From an uncultured Gammaproteobacteria bacterium (lineage in GTDB: Bacteria > Patescibacteriota > Patescibacteriia > UBA1558 > S5-K13): a stretch of DNA of 62,067 nt. The notes beneath the pieces are model-generated. The model had not been told where the DNA came from. It ran no database searches and was given only the letters and a program-made list of their open reading frames with translations. Below, one piece after another: positions 30,107 to 41,119 of this stretch; the first letter of the stretch is position 1; each line of letters opens with the position of its first letter. Position numbers and translations under genes: made by a program. The DNA lies in NCBI GenBank assembly GCA_964486685.1, contig CAZAOE010000005.1, forward strand, positions 1 to 62,067, written 5' to 3'.

Positions 30107-31375
30107 TTAAATTGATTCAATAATTTCCTTCAAATATTTCATCTTTTTAGAATTAAAATCCTCGGCAGTGATGGAATTGGCGGCAGAAAGGGCATTAGCG
30201 GCCTTAGATTTATCTTTCTGATACTTTCCAGGGTAATTTGCTTCTAAACTACCATTAGGAAAAATATATAAATTATATTTTTTTAAATTTTCAATTCGCT
30301 TGTCTCCTTTTAATTTTATATTTAAATGATTTATTAGCTCTTCCAAATAATAACCTTTTAAGGCATCCCTATCTAAAATAATTAAAAATGGAATCTTAAA
30401 AATTTTTAATAAATCTGCATATATATTTGTATTGGACTTACCATAAGCTTGAATAACCTTAATTTCTTTATTTCCTTTATAAAATTTCTTTATTAGGCCT
30501 TGAATTATTAATTTGTCAGAAATTCCTTCAACTAAAAGTACCTTGTCAGCCAAAAACATTTCCAAATTATCAGCATTTAATTCTTTTATTAATTTATCGT
30601 AATTAAAACTTCCTTTTTCTAAAACATAAGCATTTGTATTGCCGCGCTCTTTATTGATTCTAAATAAGTGTAGAAGTGTGGCCGGAGTTATGAACAAAGG
30701 CGAATGTGTTGTAAAAATGATTTGCCCAGCATTAGCATTTTCCATGGCCCATAAAAGTTTTTTAATTAAAGCCGGGTGTAAATGAGTTTCTGGCTCGTCA
30801 ATCATCACTACTGTATAATCTGGATGAAAAATATATAAAAGCATGGTGAAAATCCTACCGAAACCAGAACCCAAATAATCCATAGTTACCCTTCTTTGAC
30901 CCTCATAAAGTCCTTCTTTCTGATATTTAATATCCATAGCATTTTCCGTAAGAGTAATTTTTGGAAAATGATTTTTTAAATGTTTCTTAAATTTATGTAA
31001 ACTTTCCGGATAATCAAATAAGCTTTTATAATCTTTTTCTATTTGTTGATAATCAACAAAAGCCCCCTCATTTAATCTCTTAATCTTTGCTCTTAGTTTT
31101 TTTAGAAAAGTTGGGGTAGATAAATTTCTTTGACCATTCTTTAAAGATAAAATAAATTCCTGACCTTGATGTTCACCTTCAATAAAAACATCAGCTTGGG
31201 GATAAAAAAGATTGGATTTATCTAAATTTTTATTAAAAGCATATTCTAAAGCATCTAAAATATTTGACTTGCCACAATTATTTTGCCCAATTAAAATATT
31301 AATCGGCAATAAGTCCAAAACCATCGGTTTTTTAATACTCTTATATTGATTTATTTTTATTTTTTTTATAAACAT
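30107..31375 (-). CDS. OLD-family ATP-dependent nuclease (ABC ATPase plus TOPRIM)
   Basis: GQNNCGKS, LGSG, IDEPETHLHP, TTHS, LLVEG.SD, LDRD, LE..Y. Confidence 0.8.
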   Translation of the reverse strand: MFIKKIKINQYKSIKKPMVLDLLPINILIGQNNCGKSNILDALEYAFNKNLDKSNLFYPQADVFIEGEHQGQEFILSLKNGQRNLSTPTFLKKLRAKIKRLNEGAFVDYQQIEKDYKSLFDYPESLHKFKKHLKNHFPKITLTENAMDIKYQKEGLYEGQRRVTMDYLGSGFGRIFTMLLYIFHPDYTVVMIDEPETHLHPALIKKLLWAMENANAGQIIFTTHSPLFITPATLLHLFRINKERGNTNAYVLEKGSFNYDKLIKELNADNLEMFLADKVLLVEGISDKLIIQGLIKKFYKGNKEIKVIQAYGKSNTNIYADLLKIFKIPFLIILDRDALKGYYLEELINHLNIKLKGDKRIENLKKYNLYIFPNGSLEANYPGKYQKDKSKAANALSAANSITAEDFNSKKMKYLKEIIESI

Positions 31376-31467
31376 ATTTGTCGATGTTAATATACGAATT
31401 GTACTAATTATACAAATGGATTATACGAATGATACAAATAAAATCTACTAATATTCGTATACTAATA

Positions 31468-32796
31468 TTATAATAAGTGGACATCCTTAATCTCACTAAA
31501 CCTGCCTTCTAAAACTAAATTTTCAATATGATAAGTGCCTAATTTGGGAGCATCTAAAAAACCTTCCATGGCGGCCTCAGCTAACCAGCCCGACTCTAAC
31601 CAATCAAAAAGCCATTCATTTACATATTTAGGATTTTTACTATCTACTCCACCCCCAATAGCCAATAACCATCTACGATTATAATGTTCTTGAGAACCAA
31701 TGGGCCGAGACATAATGATTGGAATTCCCAAGCCACAATAAAAACTTAATTCCGAGGGCTTGGTCCATAAAATGTCCGTTGTTTTTAAGGCCTGATTGAA
31801 TTTTTTAAAATATTCCATCTTATCTTCTGCATAAAGTATTTCCACTCCCGGACAATTATCAATTTTATTTTCTTTCAAATATTTTTCATAATATAAATAA
31901 ACATCGTTCCTATTACCAGCTACTAATATTAATTTTAATTTATCTTTTCTAATATGTTCACTTAAGCTTTCCAAAATAGTTACTCCTAATTCTCTTTGGG
32001 CACCAGCTCCACCAACAGCAAACATAATTGTAACTGGATGTTCATTTCTCTTAATCTCTTCCACTGGACATAAATATATTTCAATTAATTTAGCATATTT
32101 TTTTCGATAAATACCCTGAGGATCTAAATTATATAAACGAGATTTTAAATCAGCTTTTAAAATTTCCATATCTGGCCCACCAATATTTTCTTTAGGCAAA
32201 GGAAATCCCGTAAAATAAATATTTTTTGATTTCACTCCATATAATTCTAACCTTTCTTTAACTCTTTTATTAGGAACTAAATATTTAATTCTGCTTTTCT
32301 GCGGATCATAAGGAGCCCAGGCCCGAGCCACATCAGCATCACAAATCACACAATATATCTCTCCTTGATATCCATAATATTCAGCAAAATAAGCTGGTAC
32401 AAAAAATGTTGTTATCAAGGGCAAGGGTTTTTTATTTAATTCCTTTATTAAGCGTTTACCTAATCCATGTTTAACCTGGCTAAAAAAATATTTTTGTTGA
32501 TAGGAATTTTTTGATAAATCTCTTTTAGGATAAAATGGTTCTATTTTTTGCATATCATCCATAATATTAAAAGCTAATTTGCCAATAATTGGAAAATCTT
32601 TATAGCGCGAAATGATTTCATACCATTTTCTACCACCCTGCCAGGTTTTTCTTTCTTTGCGACTAATGCCTGGGTATTTATTAGCATTAATAATAGAAGC
32701 TTCAAAAGCAATTGACAAAAGCGGGTAGGCCGCTCTTTGATGGCCATATCCCATATCCACTGCCACCACATAGGCCTTTTTTTCTTGATCAGTCAT
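31468..32796 (-). CDS. Conserved hypothetical, GT-B (MGDG synthase/GT28-like) fold
   Basis: MGYGH.RAA, TGFP, GGAG, TKP.ELS, P.G.QE..N motifs. Confidence 0.6.
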   Translation of the reverse strand: MTDQEKKAYVVAVDMGYGHQRAAYPLLSIAFEASIINANKYPGISRKERKTWQGGRKWYEIISRYKDFPIIGKLAFNIMDDMQKIEPFYPKRDLSKNSYQQKYFFSQVKHGLGKRLIKELNKKPLPLITTFFVPAYFAEYYGYQGEIYCVICDADVARAWAPYDPQKSRIKYLVPNKRVKERLELYGVKSKNIYFTGFPLPKENIGGPDMEILKADLKSRLYNLDPQGIYRKKYAKLIEIYLCPVEEIKRNEHPVTIMFAVGGAGAQRELGVTILESLSEHIRKDKLKLILVAGNRNDVYLYYEKYLKENKIDNCPGVEILYAEDKMEYFKKFNQALKTTDILWTKPSELSFYCGLGIPIIMSRPIGSQEHYNRRWLLAIGGGVDSKNPKYVNEWLFDWLESGWLAEAAMEGFLDAPKLGTYHIENLVLEGRFSEIKDVHLL

Positions 32797-32814
32797 ATAT
32801 TTATTTTTTATTGA

Positions 32815-35046
32815 TTATTGATTTGAATTAGCAATTGGTAAAGTAAAACTAAAAATTGTCCCTTCTCCAACAACTGATTTTTCTAATTTTAATTCACCCT
32901 GGCTAGCATCAATAATTCGATTAGAAATATATAATCCCAAACCAGTCCCATCGGGATTTATCTTTTTAGAATCAACTCCGCGACTAAATTTAACAAATAA
33001 ACGATCTTTATCACTGGCCTTAATTCCCACCCCGGTATCTTGAATAAAAATCTTTAAATATTCTCGAGCGTCCTTTTTTATTTTAGCAAAAGAAACCGTA
33101 ATTTTTCCTTTTTGAGTATAGGCAATAGCATTATCTAATAAATTAGAAATCACGTGCACAATTTTCTGATCATCAACTAAAACTAAGGGTAGTTTAAAAT
33201 CTGGTTTTTTAAAAACAATTTTTAAATCTGTTTTATTATTTAATTTAAAATCTTCTTTTTCCGTGATGATTTCTTGAATAATTTTAAACAAATCAAGGGC
33301 CTTAAGATTTAATTTAATATCTGAACCTTCTAATTCAAAGGCATCCCAAAAATCTAAAATAATATTGCTCATTCTTTTTAAACCATGTCCAGCTATTTTT
33401 ACTCCTTCTTTTAAAGTTAAATTTTTCTCGTTCATCATTGAAAAAGCATTTTTCATAATTGACAAGGGGGTATTTAATTGATGATGAACAATTCTCAAAA
33501 AATCACTTTTCATGGCCAATAATTCTTCTAAATGTTCTTTTTGTTTTAAAATATCTTTGGTTTGTTCATCAACTTTTTCTTGTAAGCTTTTGTTAAAATC
33601 ATCTAATTTATCTTTTTGTTCTCTAACTTTTTTATACAAACGAGCATTTTCAATGGCAATCGCGGCTTGTTTAGACATGGTATTTAATAAATCAAGATCT
33701 TCTTTAGTGTAAGCATTGCCAGAAAGTTTTGATCCCAAAATAATCATTCCAATTAGTTTTTTACCGCTAGATAATGGCAAACAGAGTGAAGCCCTAATGT
33801 TCTTCATGTGTTCATAAATCTTTAGAAAACTATTTTTTTCTTCTTCTGTTTTAGAATCTCTGGCTAAAAAAATTAATTCTTCTCTAACTAAAAGTTTAGG
33901 ATTTTCCTCTAAATATTTATTTAAAAAATTATCTCGAACAAAAGAAATATCTTTTTGTTTATTAAAGCCAATAACTTTAGCTACTTGATAGTAATTAAAA
34001 TTAGCTAAATGATTAATTAAAAGCACTCCTGCCCGATTTAACTGCATAATTTCTTTAATACTGTCAACAATTAAACTAACAATTTTATCCAAATCAATAT
34101 GATAATTTAATTCTTCTGTTAATTTGCTAATTGTTTCTTGATAATTATATAGGGAAGCAAATAAATACCTATTAGCAAGAATTCTCAATATTTTATTTAA
34201 TCTATAAAATACAAAAACAAACAAAGGAGCCAATGCTAAACTGGTAATATAGGCCGCTGAAGAAAAAACACCCCCAAAAACAAAATTATAAAACCAAATT
34301 ATAAAATAAAATGCCCCATAAGTAAAAGTAGCGATACCTAGATATATAAAAATTTTTCTAGCCACAATACGAACATCCATTAAACGATAACGAATCATGG
34401 CATAGAACAAAATAAAAACATATAAAGAAATAATAAAATTTCCTATTGGTGGTATGGGTATCTTATACCACAAGAAAAAATTAGTAGCTCCACCACAAAA
34501 ACCAATTAATGTTCCTATAATTATATATTTTATTTGCTGTCGCCTTATCCCAACTTCTCGAGAATAATTTTTCCATAATTCAAAGCACCCATAACCTATC
34601 AAACCAAGATAAGAAGCTAGTAAATAAACCGAATATAAATAACCTGGTTGTGGCCAATATTGAAAAAGAAAAACCTCTCCCACGTCTTTAACAAAGATAT
34701 TAGAAAAACTAAAAATAATAAATATAGAAGTTAAAATATAACCAAATACTAAAATAATTATTTTTCTCTTGTCTTTTAATAATCCCAAAAAGGCCATTAT
34801 CCAATGTAGATAAAAAATTGGAATCAGAGTTGACCCCAAAGAAAGTAACCTAGTATAAAGCAGGGCTGAACTATAATTATTAGAAATTTGCCATAAAAAA
34901 TAAAAAATTGACCAAAAGAAAATTGATATACTAAGTAAAGAAAAACTAATATTAACAGAATTTCTTTTATTTTTAAAAAATACAAAAGTTCCCAATACAA
35001 TACTGGTAATAGCGTTAATTAGGGCTGATATAGCGTAAAAATTCAT
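32815..35046 (-). CDS. Sensor histidine kinase with N-terminal 7TM-type region, GAF, HisKA and HATPase
   Basis: TM-rich N-terminus ending YAMIRYRLMD; GAF (LCLPL...AIAIENARLY); H-box HQLNTPLS; NLLDNA, DTG.GI, GTGLGL, G.GT.F. Confidence 0.9.
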   Translation of the reverse strand: MNFYAISALINAITSIVLGTFVFFKNKRNSVNISFSLLSISIFFWSIFYFLWQISNNYSSALLYTRLLSLGSTLIPIFYLHWIMAFLGLLKDKRKIIILVFGYILTSIFIIFSFSNIFVKDVGEVFLFQYWPQPGYLYSVYLLASYLGLIGYGCFELWKNYSREVGIRRQQIKYIIIGTLIGFCGGATNFFLWYKIPIPPIGNFIISLYVFILFYAMIRYRLMDVRIVARKIFIYLGIATFTYGAFYFIIWFYNFVFGGVFSSAAYITSLALAPLFVFVFYRLNKILRILANRYLFASLYNYQETISKLTEELNYHIDLDKIVSLIVDSIKEIMQLNRAGVLLINHLANFNYYQVAKVIGFNKQKDISFVRDNFLNKYLEENPKLLVREELIFLARDSKTEEEKNSFLKIYEHMKNIRASLCLPLSSGKKLIGMIILGSKLSGNAYTKEDLDLLNTMSKQAAIAIENARLYKKVREQKDKLDDFNKSLQEKVDEQTKDILKQKEHLEELLAMKSDFLRIVHHQLNTPLSIMKNAFSMMNEKNLTLKEGVKIAGHGLKRMSNIILDFWDAFELEGSDIKLNLKALDLFKIIQEIITEKEDFKLNNKTDLKIVFKKPDFKLPLVLVDDQKIVHVISNLLDNAIAYTQKGKITVSFAKIKKDAREYLKIFIQDTGVGIKASDKDRLFVKFSRGVDSKKINPDGTGLGLYISNRIIDASQGELKLEKSVVGEGTIFSFTLPIANSNQ

Positions 35047-35122
35047 ATAATCAAAAAAATAAACCCGAGTTAATGTTACTTATAATATAACATTTTTCCC
35101 GGGTTTTTGCACTATTGGTTCA

Positions 35123-36019
35123 TTATGTTTTTTGAGCTATCACTAGGCCGTGAATTTTAAGTGGTTCATAAACCAATTTAAAATCACTAAAGCCAGACTT
35201 TTCAATAATCTCTGACAATTCTTTGGGTTTGCGATAAACCATTGGCCAATTAATCACTTGGGTCACAAAATTTCTTTCTATATTAGGAGCAATATTACAA
35301 GTTAAAAAAATTCCTTCTTCTCCCAGTGATTCATAGATTCTTTGAATTAAACGGATGGCTAATTTATTTTCGATATAATCTAAAAGTCCAAGCATCTCAA
35401 TTATTTGCGGTTTGAAATCAGAAGCAATTTTAACAATTTTTAGAATATTAGATTTTCTAATATCAATTTGATCAATAACTCCGTTCTCCTCTGCTAAACC
35501 GCGAGCGTAATTTAAGGCTTCCTGGTCAATATCTACTAAAAGCGTTTTAACTATTAACCCTTGGCTTTTGAATTCAGACATAATTTCAATTACTGCTTGA
35601 GCTGAACCACAGGCCAAAGATATTAAACGTACTTCCTTGCGATTAGCAAATTTTTGAATAGCTTTTCGAACTTCTTTCTTAACCAACTTATATCTATTTC
35701 GAATAGCCTGGCAATTTTGAATTGACCACCAAAAATGATCAACTCTTCCACTAATTCCTTTTTTAGCATTAAAGGGGTGGTTATAAATAATATCAAGGGC
35801 TTTCCAAGATGCCGCTCCTTCTTTAACTTTTCTAGTCCATTTTCCTAATCCATCAAACCAAAAACTATTAATTTTTGGTTTAGGTTTCCCAAGTGCTCTA
35901 TAAATAGCTTTTTTAATAGCAATATAAAAAGTTAAAAACCAAAAGAAAGGCAAGCTCAAAACATAGGGCCAGCGTTTCTTTTCAAACTTGTCTTCTAGCT
36001 TAATCAATTTCTCTTTCAC
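35123..36019 (-). CDS. Class I SAM-dependent methyltransferase, PhcB/YnbC-C-terminal-like
   Basis: LDIIY, QAIRNR, SLACGS, VDID..AL, GLLDY, W.MVYR...EL; GTG start with GGAGG. Confidence 0.75.
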   Translation of the reverse strand: MKEKLIKLEDKFEKKRWPYVLSLPFFWFLTFYIAIKKAIYRALGKPKPKINSFWFDGLGKWTRKVKEGAASWKALDIIYNHPFNAKKGISGRVDHFWWSIQNCQAIRNRYKLVKKEVRKAIQKFANRKEVRLISLACGSAQAVIEIMSEFKSQGLIVKTLLVDIDQEALNYARGLAEENGVIDQIDIRKSNILKIVKIASDFKPQIIEMLGLLDYIENKLAIRLIQRIYESLGEEGIFLTCNIAPNIERNFVTQVINWPMVYRKPKELSEIIEKSGFSDFKLVYEPLKIHGLVIAQKT

Positions 36020-36057
36020 TTGCTTCCTCCAAATATATTTTTTTATTATTTTAAATT

Positions 36058-37758
36058 TTAATCTGCTACTTTAAAAACTTCATCTATTGAAGTAATCCCA
36101 TCCTTAGCTTTTAATAAACCATCCTGGACCATGGTAATCATACCGTTTTTCTGAGCTAAGTCCTGAATAGTGTATTCAGATATTTTTTCATCTAAAATTA
36201 TTTTTTCAATCTCTGGACTCATATTAAAAATTTCATAAATACCTATTCGGCCTTTATAGCCTAAACCATAACACTTATCACAACCCTGGCCTTTATAAAA
36301 TTTGATATTAGCCAAATCTTGTTCATCTATTTTAAAATCTGAATCTTCTGGAATGGCCTTTAATATTTTAATTATCTCATCCATTTTTTCTTTGGCTGAT
36401 TCATCTTCTATTTTACAATGTGGACAAATCCGACGCACTAATCTTTGAGCAATAATAGAATTTAAAGCTGGGGCCAATAAAAAATTTTTTACACCCATGG
36501 CTAAAAAACGCGGAATAGCCGCAGCCGCTGAATTAGTATGTAAAGTAGAAATAACTAAATGTCCAGTTAAAGCAGCATTAATAGCAACATCAGCTGTTTC
36601 CAAATCCCTGATTTCCCCAACCATAACTATGTCTGGATCTTGCCTTAATATAGATTTTAGACCTGAGGCAAAAGAATAATCCTTATCTTTTTTAACTTGT
36701 GATTGATTAATTCCTGCTAAACGATATTCAATTGGGTCTTCTAAAGTAATAATTTTATTTTCTGAAGAATTTAATTTTTTTAGAATTGCATAAAGAGTGG
36801 TGGTTTTACCACTGCCCGTAGGACCAGTAGTAATAATCATTCCATTGGGCCGTTTAATCTGCTTTTCTAGGCCCTCAAAAGCACTACCTCTGATTCCTAA
36901 GCTATCAAATTCTAAACTAGTGGCTGAAGATTTCAAAAGTCGCATTACTACACTCTCGCCATATTTTGTTGGGATAGTAGAAACTCGAACGTCAATATCT
37001 TCTTGCGATAAATGAATAGTAAAACGACCATCTTGGGGCTTATCGCTAACATTAATTTTTAAACCAGATATTAATTTAATTCTAGCAACTATTCTTCGCC
37101 ACAATTTATTATCTAAAGCACTAACTAAATGTAAAATTCCATCTACTCTTAATCTAATTTTAATATCTTTTTCTTCGGCTTCAATATGAATATCTGATGC
37201 CTCAATCTGAATTGCCACCGCAATAATAGCTACAATTATTTCTGATACATCAGAAATTTTCAGTAAGTCTTTAATTTTATCAAAAGTTAAATTTTTTTGT
37301 TGATATTTCTTTAAATCTTTTTCTGCAATGTCCACTCCTTCTTTAATTTCTATAATTCTAGGCAAATTATCGTATAATTTTAAAGCATGTTTTAAGCTTA
37401 ACTCCGAAATTAAAAATAAATTGGGCTGAATACCTTTTTCCTGACTTAATTTATCTATAAATTTTCTAAATTCTGACTGATTAGGATCAACTGTTCCAAT
37501 CTTCATTTCCTTATCTGTTAAATAAAAACAAACTCCTTGTATTTTTTTAGCTACTGTCAAAGATATTAAAGCAAGGGCCCCTGGATTTATAGGAAAGCCC
37601 TTTAAATTTATATAACCTAAATTCAAAACCCTGGCCTGAATTTCGGTTTCTTCTTCTTTATTATCTTGTTTTATTTGGCTAAGTTTATTTTTTAATTTAT
37701 TTGCATCTTCTGATTTTTCCTCTGAATCAGCAAACAAGTCATTAATATTTTGATTCAT
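36058..37758 (-). CDS. pilB: GspE/PilB type IV pilus assembly ATPase
   Basis: ASDIHIE, PQDGRF, GPTGSGKTTTLY, EDPIE, LRQDPD..MVGEIRD, TGHLV.STLH, Cys4. Confidence 0.88.
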   Translation of the reverse strand: MNQNINDLFADSEEKSEDANKLKNKLSQIKQDNKEEETEIQARVLNLGYINLKGFPINPGALALISLTVAKKIQGVCFYLTDKEMKIGTVDPNQSEFRKFIDKLSQEKGIQPNLFLISELSLKHALKLYDNLPRIIEIKEGVDIAEKDLKKYQQKNLTFDKIKDLLKISDVSEIIVAIIAVAIQIEASDIHIEAEEKDIKIRLRVDGILHLVSALDNKLWRRIVARIKLISGLKINVSDKPQDGRFTIHLSQEDIDVRVSTIPTKYGESVVMRLLKSSATSLEFDSLGIRGSAFEGLEKQIKRPNGMIITTGPTGSGKTTTLYAILKKLNSSENKIITLEDPIEYRLAGINQSQVKKDKDYSFASGLKSILRQDPDIVMVGEIRDLETADVAINAALTGHLVISTLHTNSAAAAIPRFLAMGVKNFLLAPALNSIIAQRLVRRICPHCKIEDESAKEKMDEIIKILKAIPEDSDFKIDEQDLANIKFYKGQGCDKCYGLGYKGRIGIYEIFNMSPEIEKIILDEKISEYTIQDLAQKNGMITMVQDGLLKAKDGITSIDEVFKVAD

Positions 37759-37838
37759 TAACTTAAATATTTATCCCGCATCTAATTTTAAAATCCGAGC
37801 GAGAAATGAATTTAATTTATTAAATTAGATCTATGGCT

Positions 37839-38930
37839 TTATTTTTTATTTTTTGGCCTACCTATTCTTCTTTTAACTTTCCTTGTTCTGGATTTGTCGA
37901 AGGATGCTATTTTTTTAGACCTTGGTGTCGTATTAATATCTTTGACCTTAGCAACCTGAGCAGAAGACCTAGTATAATTAGACAAAGAAGAAATAATTCT
38001 GACTAATTTACTATACCTTTTTCCAGAAGTTAATTTTTTAAACAATAATGTCCAGCTAGATATTTGAAAAACTGAAATCCAGGCCCCAATAAGAGTATAA
38101 ATTATAACTAAAGGTAAAACCTTAAACAAAATTAAACCTAAAGCAAAATTCTTAAAAGAATAAAAAGTTAATAAATCTATTCTTAAAAATGGCCCGACAA
38201 TAATTATAGTTATAATTAATAGTACAAAACCAACAATAAAACTAATAATTGTTAGGGCCAGAGTCATTTCAACACTAATCAACCAATTTGTTCTAAAAAG
38301 GTCCCAGGCCTTAGAAATAGAATCTTTAAAATTTTCTTTTTTGATAACTACAAAATTAATAGCATATTTCATTATAAAAGATATAATAATAGCTATTGGT
38401 AAAAATATAATCCAAATAATTATACTAAATAGACTAGCTAACTTACTTCCTGAAAATACAATAATAGTTAAAATTGGAATTAAAATAACGAATAATAACA
38501 AGCCCACCAATACTCTTGATAATATATTTAATCCCAAAACTTTAATAAAATATTTTTGAGCTTCTTGAAAAATTAGCTTAAAACTAACTTTTTTATTTTC
38601 TGATATCAGATAAGTGGCATAAATAATTGCTGTTTGAGAAATTACTACTAACCAAGCAACTAATAAAAAAATTATTAAAAATATCAATAATAATAAAAGT
38701 CCTGAAATTATAACATCAAAACTAGGGGCTCCTTTAAATAAAGCTAAAAATAGTGGACTATTCCACAGACCTAAACTAGTTTTTTGTATTGAAGAAAACG
38801 AATTAAAAAATATTTGCATTTCCCCAGTATTTGCTACCCAAACTGCGAAAAATCCAAATATCCAAAGTAATTTATATTTTTTAGCAATTTTCCAGGCCTC
38901 TTTTAAAATAACACGATATAATGGTTCCAT
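37839..38930 (-). CDS. Hypothetical polytopic membrane protein with basic tail
   Basis: LWIFGFF motif, about 6-7 TM helices, RRxGRP tail. Confidence 0.7.
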   Translation of the reverse strand: MEPLYRVILKEAWKIAKKYKLLWIFGFFAVWVANTGEMQIFFNSFSSIQKTSLGLWNSPLFLALFKGAPSFDVIISGLLLLLIFLIIFLLVAWLVVISQTAIIYATYLISENKKVSFKLIFQEAQKYFIKVLGLNILSRVLVGLLLFVILIPILTIIVFSGSKLASLFSIIIWIIFLPIAIIISFIMKYAINFVVIKKENFKDSISKAWDLFRTNWLISVEMTLALTIISFIVGFVLLIITIIIVGPFLRIDLLTFYSFKNFALGLILFKVLPLVIIYTLIGAWISVFQISSWTLLFKKLTSGKRYSKLVRIISSLSNYTRSSAQVAKVKDINTTPRSKKIASFDKSRTRKVKRRIGRPKNKK

Positions 38931-39151
38931 AATTTTGTTTTTATTCCCACACCTAAATTAAATAGATAGATGCAAGTTTTATTATTTATTATTTATTCCA
39001 ACGCCTAATTAAATTAAGTATAGGAATTTTTTATTATTTACCCCAGTGCCTATTCTTTAAAAGGTCCGAGGGATTTATATTAAAATTTATTTAAAACAAT
39101 AATTACCATAAAAACATGGTCTATCATTATTATACTAAAAAATCAATAAAT

Positions 39152-39187
39152 AAAAAAGGTCAAATGATAAACAATCCTTGACCTTTT
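39152..39187 (-). terminator. Intrinsic terminator of ftsH
   Basis: AAAAGGTCAA/TTGACCTTTT stem. Confidence 0.65.
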
Positions 39188-39203
39188 AAAATATAATTTT
39201 TTA

Positions 39204-41078
39204 TTAAATTTGCTTTTGTTCAATCCTCTCAATTTTTGTTGAGGTTTTTAATAATTTTTCAAAGGCCTCTTTCTCAATAGTTTCTTTCTTTAAAAGTTCT
39301 TGAGCAATTTTATCTAATTTAGTTTTATTTTTTTCAATAACTTCCCTGGCTCTATTATGACAAAAATCAATCAGGGACTTTATTTCTAAATCTATTTCTT
39401 CAGACATTTTTTCACTATAATCTTTTTTATCATGAATTTCTTTTCCTAAAAATATTAAGCTCTCGCTTTTTCCAAAAGTTCTATAGCCCAATTTTTCATT
39501 CATTCCAAATTTAGTAATCATTTTTTTTGCTAACTCTGTAACTTGATTTAAATCTGAACTAGCTCCATTAGTAATCTCGCCAAATATCAATTTCTCGGCC
39601 ACTAAGCCACCCAACATCATAGCAATATCATCAATAAATTCTGAGCGAGTGTTTAAATGTTTATCTTCTTCGGGAATATTCATAGTATAGCCAGCAGCCA
39701 TACCTCGAGAAATAATTGAAACCTTATGAATTGGGTCACAATGTAGGAGTAAATGACCAACTAAAGCATGACCAGCTTCATGATAAGCAGTAATCTTTTT
39801 TTCTCTTTCAGAAAGAATATGACTTTTTCTTTCTGGCCCTAACATTACCTTTTCAATACTTTCTAAAATATCTTGTTGGCTAATTCTTTTTTTATTACTT
39901 CTGGCCGATAAAATAGCCGCCTCATTTAAAACATTTTTTAAATCTGCTCCTGTAAAACCTGGGGTTCTTTGAGCAACTAATTTTAAACTTACGTCTTTTT
40001 CCAATGGTTTATTATTAGCATGAATTTCCAGTATGGCCTGGCGGTCTTTAATGTCTGGCTTATCTATTACTATTCTGCGGTCAAAACGGCCTGGTCTTAA
40101 AAGAGCTGGGTCTAAAACATCGGGCCGATTAGTAGCCGCCACAACAATTACATTAGTTTGATTATCAAAACCATCCATTTCTACTAATATTTGATTTAAA
40201 GTTTGTTCTCTTTCATCATGTGAACCACCCAAACCAGCGCCTCTTTGGCGACCCACAGCATCAATCTCATCAATAAAAACAATACAAGGAGCGCTTTTTT
40301 TGGCTTTTTTAAATAAATCTCGTACTCGAGATGCTCCAACCCCGACAAACATTTCTACAAATTCAGAACCAGATATATGAAAAAATGGCACCTCGGCTTC
40401 TCCAGCTATTGCTCTGGCTAATAATGTTTTACCAGTACCTGGAGCACCTAAAAGTAAGGCCCCCTTAGGAATTTCTGCTCCTAATTTGGTAAATTTTTGA
40501 GGATCCTTTAAAAAATCTACTATCTCATATAATTCTTCTTTGGCTTCTTTAGCGCCAGCCACATCTTTAAAAGTAACCTTTTTCTTTTTATTATCGGCTT
40601 GCCGGGCTCCAGATTGTCCAAAACTTAGGGCCTTGGAATTGGCTCCCTGAACTTTTTTAAACATAAACCAAATTAGCATTCCAATCAAAAGAAATGGAAA
40701 TAAAAATGGCAACATAGTAATTAGCCAATAGCCCAAGCCAGACTCATCTTTAATTTCTACATCTATTCTTTCTAAGGCCTCTGGTTGAACACCTAAATTT
40801 ACTAAAGTTTGAATTAAAGATTCTTCTTTTTCCTTCTGGCCCTTTTTAATTTCTCCATCACTCATTTCTACTGAAAGCTTCTCTCCAATAATTTCAATTT
40901 TTACAACTTCCCCAGTCTTAATCTGATTACTTAATTGAATTAAAGTAATGTCTTCCGACTTTTTATTATCAAATTCAAAAAAACTAAATAATCCACCCAA
41001 GGCAATAATTACCACAAAAAATATTAAAAAACTTTTTAGGCCTTTATTATTTAAGCCCTTATTTAAACTTTTATTCAT
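39204..41078 (-). CDS. ftsH: ATP-dependent zinc metalloprotease FtsH
   Basis: 2 TM helices, [25 protein letters not shown]. Confidence 0.97.
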   Translation of the reverse strand: MNKSLNKGLNNKGLKSFLIFFVVIIALGGLFSFFEFDNKKSEDITLIQLSNQIKTGEVVKIEIIGEKLSVEMSDGEIKKGQKEKEESLIQTLVNLGVQPEALERIDVEIKDESGLGYWLITMLPFLFPFLLIGMLIWFMFKKVQGANSKALSFGQSGARQADNKKKKVTFKDVAGAKEAKEELYEIVDFLKDPQKFTKLGAEIPKGALLLGAPGTGKTLLARAIAGEAEVPFFHISGSEFVEMFVGVGASRVRDLFKKAKKSAPCIVFIDEIDAVGRQRGAGLGGSHDEREQTLNQILVEMDGFDNQTNVIVVAATNRPDVLDPALLRPGRFDRRIVIDKPDIKDRQAILEIHANNKPLEKDVSLKLVAQRTPGFTGADLKNVLNEAAILSARSNKKRISQQDILESIEKVMLGPERKSHILSEREKKITAYHEAGHALVGHLLLHCDPIHKVSIISRGMAAGYTMNIPEEDKHLNTRSEFIDDIAMMLGGLVAEKLIFGEITNGASSDLNQVTELAKKMITKFGMNEKLGYRTFGKSESLIFLGKEIHDKKDYSEKMSEEIDLEIKSLIDFCHNRAREVIEKNKTKLDKIAQELLKKETIEKEAFEKLLKTSTKIERIEQKQI

Positions 41079-41119
41079 ATATATTGATTATACTAGTATT
41101 GATAATATAATACCAATAA

